From positions 366 to 64,365 of the forward strand of contig JAQTPI010000006.1 in NCBI GenBank assembly GCA_028748975.1: a stretch of 64,000 nt of DNA, given 5' to 3'. Origin of the DNA: Patescibacteria group bacterium (GTDB lineage Bacteria > Patescibacteriota > Patescibacteriia > UBA2196). Numbering within the stretch: position 1 is the first letter of the stretch; every line of letters starts with the position of its first letter. Positions 56,754 through 64,000 of this stretch are shown here, one piece after another. The translations under genes and the position numbers were made by a program. Under the pieces are notes generated by a model. The model searched no databases. It was given only the letters and a program-made list of their open reading frames with translations, and was not told the DNA's origin.

Positions 56754-59258
56754 ATGTTTCATCCTAGAAAAGGAAACTGGCGCGCCGCCGAGAAAAACTT
56801 TCTCCAAAGCTACGCCCAAAAATATTCTTCTTCTTTTAATCGCCCCGGCCAAAAAAAATTCCGCCGGGTGCTTTGGAAATTCATTTTAAAAATCATTCTT
56901 ATTCTCATCATTATCGCTGGTGTCTTTCTGGCCGGCGCCGTGGCCTGGTTTTCCCGCGACTTGCCCAAATCCACCAATCTTTTGACCAAAGACAAAATGG
57001 CCGCGGCTAAAATTTATGACCGCACCGGTCAAACCATTCTCTACGATACTGGCGGCGATTTTGTCCGCACCAAAATTAAACTTTCCGACATTCCCGATTA
57101 TGCCAAATGGTCCACCATCGTGGCCGAAGACCGTGGTTTCTATTCCCACGGTGGTTTGAATTTCAAAGGCATGCTCCGCGCGCTTCTGGTTGATATCCTA
57201 CATGGCGGCAGCGCCTCCCAAGGCGGTTCTTCTATCACTCAACAATTTGTCAAAAATGCCCTGCTTTCCAATGAAAAAACTATTACCAGAAAAATTAAAG
57301 AAGTAATTTTATCTTGGCGTATGGAACAGCGCTTCAGCAAAGACGAAATTTTGGAAATGTATTTTAATGAAATTCCCTATGGCGGCACGGCCTATGGCAT
57401 TGAAGCCGCGGCTCATAAATATTTTAATAAAAATGCCAAAGATTTAACTTTGGCCGAAGGCGCGGTTTTGGCCGCTCTGCCGCAAGCGCCTTCCTATCTT
57501 TCGCCTTATGGCCCCAATAAAGATAAACTTTTAGCACGCAAAGATTGGATTTTAGACAGCTTAGTTAGTGAAGGCTATATTAGTAAAGAAAAAGCCGAAG
57601 CGGCTAAAAAAGAAGAATTAAAATTTGTTAATATCAGTAATTCCATCATCGCTCCGCATTTTTCTTTTTACATTAAAGAATTGGTGACGGAAAAATATGG
57701 TGAGCAGGCGCTCACTGATCAGGGTTTAAAAATTATTACTACCCTGGATTTAGATCAGCAAAAAAAAGCGGAAGAAGCTATTAATAAATTCTATGACCGC
57801 AATGTTAAAAGTTTTAATGCTCGTAATGCCGCCCTGGTCGCCTTGAATCCCAAAACTGGCGAAATCACGGCCATGGTCGGCTCTCACGATTATTTTGATG
57901 AGGAAAACGACGGCGCGGTTAATGTTGCCATTAGCCCGCGCCAGCCCGGCTCATCTTTCAAACCCATTGTCTATTCCGCCGCTTTTGAGGCTGGTTTTTC
58001 TCCAGACACCGTACTTTTTGATTTGCTTACCACTTTCAAAACAGAGGTGGGCGACTACACTCCGCATAATTATAACGACCATTATTTTGGCCCGGTTTCC
58101 ATCCGCAAAGCTCTGGCTGGTTCCTTGAATGTCCCGGCTGTTAAAACAATTTATTTAGTGGGTATTAATAATGTTTTAGATTTAGCCGAACGTCTGGGCT
58201 ATACTACCTTCTCTGATCGCTCGCGCTTCGGGCTTTCTCTGGTGCTTGGCGGCGGCGAAGTCAAACTTTTGGAACATGTTTCCGCTTTTTCCGCTTTGGC
58301 CAACGACGGCCGTCAATTTCAGCCCTTGGCTATTTTGAGAATTGAAAATTCTGATGGTGATATTTTGGAAGAAAACAAACCAGAAAAAAATAGGAATAAA
58401 GAAGCTCTCAAACCGCAAATCACTCGCCAGGTTGTCGGTATTATGTCTGATAATTCCGCCAGGGCCTTTGTTTTTGGTGAAAAAAATTACCTCACTCTTC
58501 CCGACCGGCCAGTCGCGGCCAAAACCGGCACCACCAACGATTTCAAAGATGGCTGGACTTTGGGTTTCACGCCCTCGCTCGCAGTTGGTGTTTGGGTTGG
58601 CAACACTCGTGGTGATGTGATGAAAGGCGCCGCTGACGGCTCCAATGTGGCCGCCCCGATTTGGCATGAATTTATGGTGAATGCCCTAAAAGGCACGCTG
58701 GTGGAAAATTTTATTGCGCCTGACTCCATTATTTTACCAAATAAACCCATGTTAAATGGCAGTTTTACTGCCGAAACAATTGTCGGTAATGTCAAAAAAA
58801 TTGAAGTCCATAATATTTTGCATTATATTAATCGCAATAATATTTTAGGACCGGCTCCGGCCACGCCTTGGGATGACCCTAATTACAATTCTTGGGAATT
58901 GGCGGTGCAGGATTGGGCACAAAAAAATGGTTATATTAATAAAGAAGTTGTTGTTGACGGCAGCGAACCAATCGTGACAATTTTAAAGCCAGTTGCCGGC
59001 GCGATTTTAACCAAAGATGATTTTCCTTTCACTATTAGTTTTCAATTAAAAAATTATCAAAACATTAATAAAGTTGACGCCTACCTGATTGATTCTGCCA
59101 GCCAAACCAACTGGCTCACTTACAAAAACATCAGCAGTTCCAATAACGACCTCCTCTGGACCGCCGCCCCTGTCCCTGGCAAATATAAATTTTATTTACT
59201 TCTCACTTCTGGCTCTCAAACTCAAAAAAGTAATGAAATTGATTTGGAAATAAAATGA
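56754..59258 (+). CDS. class A penicillin-binding protein (PBP1A family)
   Basis: EDRGFYSH.G, GGSSITQQ, RKIKE, SSFK, SLN, KTGT. Confidence 0.96.
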   Translation: MFHPRKGNWRAAEKNFLQSYAQKYSSSFNRPGQKKFRRVLWKFILKIILILIIIAGVFLAGAVAWFSRDLPKSTNLLTKDKMAAAKIYDRTGQTILYDTGGDFVRTKIKLSDIPDYAKWSTIVAEDRGFYSHGGLNFKGMLRALLVDILHGGSASQGGSSITQQFVKNALLSNEKTITRKIKEVILSWRMEQRFSKDEILEMYFNEIPYGGTAYGIEAAAHKYFNKNAKDLTLAEGAVLAALPQAPSYLSPYGPNKDKLLARKDWILDSLVSEGYISKEKAEAAKKEELKFVNISNSIIAPHFSFYIKELVTEKYGEQALTDQGLKIITTLDLDQQKKAEEAINKFYDRNVKSFNARNAALVALNPKTGEITAMVGSHDYFDEENDGAVNVAISPRQPGSSFKPIVYSAAFEAGFSPDTVLFDLLTTFKTEVGDYTPHNYNDHYFGPVSIRKALAGSLNVPAVKTIYLVGINNVLDLAERLGYTTFSDRSRFGLSLVLGGGEVKLLEHVSAFSALANDGRQFQPLAILRIENSDGDILEENKPEKNRNKEALKPQITRQVVGIMSDNSARAFVFGEKNYLTLPDRPVAAKTGTTNDFKDGWTLGFTPSLAVGVWVGNTRGDVMKGAADGSNVAAPIWHEFMVNALKGTLVENFIAPDSIILPNKPMLNGSFTAETIVGNVKKIEVHNILHYINRNNILGPAPATPWDDPNYNSWELAVQDWAQKNGYINKEVVVDGSEPIVTILKPVAGAILTKDDFPFTISFQLKNYQNINKVDAYLIDSASQTNWLTYKNISSSNNDLLWTAAPVPGKYKFYLLLTSGSQTQKSNEIDLEIK

Positions 59259-59398
59259 CACCGCAGTGTCATCCTGAGCAACAGCGAAGGATCTCATTTT
59301 AAATTATAAAGCCGGGCCGACGAATGTCGGCCCGGCCTTTTGTTTTATTTATTATTATTCGGATACATTCGGAAAAAATTCGTACGGTATTCGGGAAG

Positions 59399-60805
59399 TT
59401 AAACCACCGCCTCTTCCACAAACTTAGCGCACCGACAATTTCTTTCCGCTGGTAAATTTTTTATTAATTCAAAAATTAATTCTTTAACTTTCTGATTATT
59501 TTCATTAAAAACTTTAATCACATCCTGCGCGTTCACGATTGGCACTTCCGGGTGCCCTTCCAGTCCCGCGTCGTAGTCCGTCACTAAACCAATACTTAAA
59601 TAACACATTCCCAACTCTCTAGCTAAAGCCACTTCCGGGTAGGCCGTCATATTAATTATGTCCCAGCCTTGTGCGCCAAAAAATTCCGATTCTGCCCGGG
59701 TGGAAAATCTCGGCCCCTCAATTACCACTACTGCGCCATGGGGATGAAAAGGAATGTTTAATTTCTGGCAGGCCTCCAAACTGAATTTTCTAAGTTCGGG
59801 ACAATAGGGATCAGCCAGGGAAATATGCGCCACTTTTTCCAAGTCGCCATTTTTTGAATTAACCCCATGGAAAAAAGTATCATCGCGCAAATCCGCTCCG
59901 CGGGTTCTGGTCCAGTTAATAAACTGGTCACAAATCACAAACTCGCCCGGCTTGATGTGCGCCTGCAAACTCCCGACCGCCGCTGGCGAAATAATTTTTT
60001 TCACTCCCAATTTTTTCATCGCCCATAAATTCGCCTTGTAAGGAATCTGGTGCGGCGGCAATTTATGTCCTTGGCCATGGCGCGCGATAAACGCCACATT
60101 TTTCCCGCCAATCCGGCCAATGGAAATTTTATCTGAAGTTACGCCATAGGGCGTAGGCAAATCAATTTCAATTTTTTCACCCATCAAATCATAAAAACCA
60201 GATCCGCCGAAAACTCCGATTTCCGCCACAGGAATTTCTGAATTTATATTTTCTTTTTCCTCTTTTTTTTCGGCCCATTCCGCATCATATTTTACCAAAT
60301 AATTCGTCTGATATTTTTCTTTCAATTTATTAATTCCTCCTAAAAACGGCAAATCCACCACATAACTCACGCCCACAATTTTTCCCCCCATCTCTTCCAC
60401 TAATTTGCAGGTGGCGAGCAATGTGCCGCCAGTGGCCACCAAATCATCAACCACCACCACTCTTTCGCCCGGCTTAATGGTGTCCTCGTGCATTTCAATG
60501 GTATTAGAGCCGTATTCCAAATCATAATCCGCTGATTTTGTTTTATATGGCAGTTTTCCTTTTTTGCGCACAATGGAAAGGCCGGCGCCAAGTTTGTAGG
60601 CCATAGTACTCGCCAAAAGAAACCCGCGCGCGTCAATCCCCACCACTTTATCAATTTTTTCATTTTGATAAGGAAGGCATAACTCATCAATCACAAATTT
60701 AAAAACCTCTTTATTTTCCAAAAGAGTGGTAATGTCTTTAAAATTAACTCCCGGCTTGGGCCAGTCGGGAATTTCACGAATATATTTTTTTAAATTAATT
60801 TCCAT
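59399..60805 (-). CDS. fused adenine phosphoribosyltransferase / methylthioadenosine phosphorylase
   Basis: N-half DWPKPGVNFKDIT, ARGF, VDDLVATGGT. C-half GVFGGSG, RHG..H, EGPRFSTRAES, NMT..PE..LARE, VTDYD. No stop between the halves. Confidence 0.93.
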   Translation of the reverse strand: MEINLKKYIREIPDWPKPGVNFKDITTLLENKEVFKFVIDELCLPYQNEKIDKVVGIDARGFLLASTMAYKLGAGLSIVRKKGKLPYKTKSADYDLEYGSNTIEMHEDTIKPGERVVVVDDLVATGGTLLATCKLVEEMGGKIVGVSYVVDLPFLGGINKLKEKYQTNYLVKYDAEWAEKKEEKENINSEIPVAEIGVFGGSGFYDLMGEKIEIDLPTPYGVTSDKISIGRIGGKNVAFIARHGQGHKLPPHQIPYKANLWAMKKLGVKKIISPAAVGSLQAHIKPGEFVICDQFINWTRTRGADLRDDTFFHGVNSKNGDLEKVAHISLADPYCPELRKFSLEACQKLNIPFHPHGAVVVIEGPRFSTRAESEFFGAQGWDIINMTAYPEVALARELGMCYLSIGLVTDYDAGLEGHPEVPIVNAQDVIKVFNENNQKVKELIFELIKNLPAERNCRCAKFVEEAVV

Positions 60806-60824
60806 AATAATCGGTTAGTGGTAA

Positions 60825-61038
60825 CTGCCGCCTTAAAAAAGTTTTGGTATAAAAGCGAGCTGAGTCGGAACGATTTTTGACCGCAGTCAAAAAAATTTTG
60901 CTTCTGTCTGACGCAGTTCCGCCGAGTTGAGCGCAACGAGGCGGAACAAGGAGTTAACAAAATTAGTGACGACGAGGCCGCTTTTGTCAAAACTTTTTTA
61001 CAGCGGCGCTTTTGGCGCCACCTTTATAAAAAGGTGGC
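60825..61038. repeat. ~215-bp structured repeat, copy 2
   Basis: near-identical to 6654-6869. Confidence 0.9.
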
Positions 61039-61048
61039 TAAAAGAAAT

Positions 61049-62149
61049 TTACTGTTTAATCGGCATCACCAAATACATATATTTTTCCTCGCCCGCCGGA
61101 CGAAAAACAATCGGATTAGCCGCGGAATTGATGAAAATTCTGGTCTTATTGGAATTAATATTATTTAAACCATCAAGTAAAAACTTATAATTAAACACCA
61201 CCACCACATTGCCGCCTTTTTGCTCAGTTTTAATTTTAATGGTATTTTCGCCCACTTGGCTGTTAATCGCCTTAATCACCACCGCGGCATTAATAAATTC
61301 CAAGGTCACATCAAAAATTCCGGTCTTGGCAAACAAACTGGCCGCTTTCACCGCCTTAATTAATTCATTTGTTTCAATTTCCACCTCGGTGTTAAAATTG
61401 GCCGGCACCACCTGTTTATAATCCGGGTAATCACCTTCAATCAGGCGTGAAATCACCACTGTTTCCTCAAAATCAAACTTGACCTGGGTGTCTTCAAAAT
61501 CAATGGTAAAAAATTCATTTTCCATATCCAACATCACCCGCGAGAGTTCTTGGACTGATCTTAAGGGCACAATAATTTTTTCTTCTTTCACCTCTTCTTC
61601 TAATTCTATAATTTTCTCCGCCAAGCGGTAGCTGTTGGTAGCGGCCAAAATCAGATTTTTACCTTTAAAATTAAATAAAATTCCGGTTAATTCCGGCCGC
61701 GCTTCGTCAAAAGACGCGGCAAAAACCACCGCATTAAGTGCTTGTTTAAATTCGTTTAGTTTTATTTTATATTTCTTGCCGCCTTTCACTTCCGGAATTA
61801 AAGGATAATCATCAGCCGGATTGGTTTTGATTTTTGTCTGCCAATCTTCGCTCATCACATTTAATTCACCACTCACCTCCTCTAAATCAATGTTTTTATC
61901 ACTATTAATTAAATTAATATAGTCGGTGATAATTTTGGCCGGCACCGTAATTCGGCCTTCGCCCTCCACCTTGCCCCTGATTTGGGTTTTGACTCCAATT
62001 TCCAAGTTGGTAGCCGAAATTTCAATATTTCCTTTTTCCGCCTTGAATAAAATATTATTCAAAATCGGCAAGTTAAAATTTTTGCCGGTTAAATGAGAAA
62101 CCTTATTCAAACCTTTGATTAAATTTTCTTGTTTGCAAATTATTTTCAT
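61049..62149 (-). CDS. dnaN: DNA polymerase III beta clamp
   Basis: ATNLEIG, RPELTG, ATNSYRLA, SRLIEGDYPDY, YLVMP. Confidence 0.98.
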   Translation of the reverse strand: MKIICKQENLIKGLNKVSHLTGKNFNLPILNNILFKAEKGNIEISATNLEIGVKTQIRGKVEGEGRITVPAKIITDYINLINSDKNIDLEEVSGELNVMSEDWQTKIKTNPADDYPLIPEVKGGKKYKIKLNEFKQALNAVVFAASFDEARPELTGILFNFKGKNLILAATNSYRLAEKIIELEEEVKEEKIIVPLRSVQELSRVMLDMENEFFTIDFEDTQVKFDFEETVVISRLIEGDYPDYKQVVPANFNTEVEIETNELIKAVKAASLFAKTGIFDVTLEFINAAVVIKAINSQVGENTIKIKTEQKGGNVVVVFNYKFLLDGLNNINSNKTRIFINSAANPIVFRPAGEEKYMYLVMPIKQ

Positions 62150-62439
62150 AAATATTTTTTCGCCAGCTGGCGAAGATTACTTATTATTATATTATTTAAA
62201 TATTAATTTAATATTATTCATAATAATTGGTTGTGGATTTGTTGATAACCATTCCCCGTAGCCTGTAAAGCTAGTATAATTGAAAAACAAGAAACAATTT
62301 TTGTTAATAAGTAATGTGGAAATGTTTGGTATAAAAATATTTTTTAAAAAATTTATATAAAAAATATTTTTTTTGGGGATAATTTTTTGTTTTTCCACAA
62401 TTAATAATTGTACTTTTCCCGTGTCTTATCCCCAACTTA
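62150..62439. other. oriC region (dnaA-dnaN intergenic)
   Basis: AT-rich tract plus DnaA-box-like 9-mers at 62232, 62240, 62315, 62374, 62391, 62426. Confidence 0.8.
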
Positions 62440-63807
62440 CTATTTATTATAAATTTTTTGTTTAAGCAGAGTAATATCCTGTTTAATTTTATTATCATGG
62501 TTTAAAGCTTCTTTAATTTTATCGCAAGCATGAATGACGGTGGTGTGATCGCGGCCGCCCAGTTCGTTGCCAATATTAATATAAGACGCTCCCACCTCTT
62601 CCCGCATCAAATACATGGCGATTTGGCGCGGCATCACCAGTTCTTTTTTGCGGCAAGCGCCGGTTAAATCCGATAGTGAGGTGTCAAAAAATTCCGAAAC
62701 CGACTGTAAAATAGATTTAGTGGTTAAAGAACTTCGGGGAGTAATGGTATTAATGGACTGCAGTACGCTTTTTACTTCTTCCAGAGTTGGCTTATGCTGG
62801 CTCAATTGAAAGCGGGCGTAAATATGGTTGAGAGCCCCTTCCAATTCGCGGATATTGCTTTGGATGTTTTCCGCCAGATAATCAATAATTTCACGGTCTA
62901 AAGAAAAATTTTTATCAATTAATTTTTGCTGTAAAATTGCCACCCGGGTTTCATAGTCTGGCTCGGAAATGTCGGCAATCATGCCCCATTCAAAACGCGA
63001 CTGCAATCTCTGTTCCAGATTATTAATGGCTTTGGGCGGCCGATCCGAAGAAAGAATAATTTGTTTGTCTTTTTGGTACAGATCATTAAAGGTGTGAAAA
63101 AATTGTTCTTGCGTCTGTTCTTTGCCCGCCATAAACTGAATATCATCAATAATTAAAAAATCAATACTGCGGTATTTGTGCTGGAATTCGGTGATTTTAT
63201 TGGCGCGCAGCGCCCCGATAAATTCATTGGTAAATTTTTCGCAAGTTAGATAGTTTAGTTTGCAATTGGGGTTGTTTTTTAGAACTTCCTGGCCAATGGC
63301 CTGTAAAAGATGGGTTTTACCAAGCCCTGCCCGGCCATAAATGAAAAGCGGGTTATAGGCTTTGCCCGGTGTTTTTACCACCGCCCTGGCTGCGGCGTGA
63401 GCCAGTTCATTGTTTTTTCCCACAATAAATTTATCAAAAGTATATTTTGGATTAAGTCCAAAAGGATTGTTGGAAACCTCTATTTCTTGACTTTCTGCTT
63501 CAAATTTGTTGATATTTCTGATTTTTTCCTTCAAATTTACTATGTTTTTTGGTTTTGCACTGGTTTCTACCCGATAAAACACTTGACGTAATTTATTGTT
63601 TGTGATGTGTTTCAAAGCCTCCACAATCTTTTCTTGATACTTGTTTTCCATCCAGGCTTTGGTAAATTCATTAGGCACACCAACAACAACATTATCTTCT
63701 TCTTGAGAGATAATAAAAGTGTTTTTAAACCAAGTTGTAAAATTGGCCTTGGATAAGGACAATTCCAGTTCTCCTAAAATTGCCTGCCAAAGTTGTTCGT
63801 TGGTCAT
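62440..63807 (-). CDS. dnaA: chromosomal replication initiator DnaA
   Basis: NPKYTFD.F, NPLFIYG..GLGKTHL, DDIQF, NIRELEGAL, GGRDHTTV. Confidence 0.99.
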   Translation of the reverse strand: MTNEQLWQAILGELELSLSKANFTTWFKNTFIISQEEDNVVVGVPNEFTKAWMENKYQEKIVEALKHITNNKLRQVFYRVETSAKPKNIVNLKEKIRNINKFEAESQEIEVSNNPFGLNPKYTFDKFIVGKNNELAHAAARAVVKTPGKAYNPLFIYGRAGLGKTHLLQAIGQEVLKNNPNCKLNYLTCEKFTNEFIGALRANKITEFQHKYRSIDFLIIDDIQFMAGKEQTQEQFFHTFNDLYQKDKQIILSSDRPPKAINNLEQRLQSRFEWGMIADISEPDYETRVAILQQKLIDKNFSLDREIIDYLAENIQSNIRELEGALNHIYARFQLSQHKPTLEEVKSVLQSINTITPRSSLTTKSILQSVSEFFDTSLSDLTGACRKKELVMPRQIAMYLMREEVGASYINIGNELGGRDHTTVIHACDKIKEALNHDNKIKQDITLLKQKIYNK

Positions 63808-63875
63808 AATATTGTTTTTGTTTTTATCACTTTAATTTTAGCACCAATTCCAAACACCATCAAGCATCGAAAAAA

Positions 63876-63924
63876 AGTGGAAAAGTTCCTGGTTTGGGGA
63901 CAATTTGGGGACAAATGGGGATAT
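63876..63924. promoter_or_regulatory. DnaA-box-like cluster upstream of dnaA
   Basis: AGTGGAAAA 63876, TGGGGACAA 63895 and 63906, TGGGGATAT 63916. Confidence 0.65.
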
Positions 63925-64000
63925 CACGAGAATTTTTAATTTTCAATTTCTAATTTCTAAAAATTAGTTAATTTTTTGACATAATTTATTTTTTCAGCTA

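Noticed and set aside
1-64000. CRISPR array or cas genes
   Set aside because: No regularly spaced identical repeats with unique spacers. The repeats are dispersed palindromes or short tandem units.
1-64000. Prophage, integron or autonomous IS
   Set aside because: No integrase, transposase, terminase or structural genes are recognisable, and the accessory cassettes have their own promoters and no attC-like sites I could identify.

Overview
A 64-kb chromosomal segment of a small-genome bacterium, most likely Patescibacteria/CPR (inferred from gene order, SD-less core genes and the EF-P loop variant). It uses genetic code 11 and ends at the replication origin (dnaA-oriC-dnaN). Core genes (rny, clpP, rbfA, infB, rnc, nusB, rpmF, ftsK, recA, efp, rpsR-ssb-rpsF, ychF, khpA, tsaD/E, yebC, ruvC, tyrS, PBP1A, an apt-mtaP fusion) are interspersed with short accessory cassettes that carry their own promoters, and with many palindromic and 7/8-mer repeat elements. 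The best candidate for an undescribed system is a ubiquitin-like conjugation locus at 29.2-37.8 kb. It encodes three tandem ~655-aa paralogues (duplicated unknown module + coiled coil + E2-like domain, one lacking the catalytic His/Cys), a JAB peptidase, a ThiF/E1 enzyme and a Ubl whose frame is interrupted by an in-frame TAG. Other highlights are an intact tRNA-Leu(TAG) nested inside a second, insertion-riddled tRNA-Leu, a 6S-RNA-like rod upstream of rny, a ~215-bp repeated element with compensatory base changes, and REP-like elements placed ~10 nt from start/stop codons or inside conserved CDSs. All protein family calls come from motif reading by eye, not database searches.
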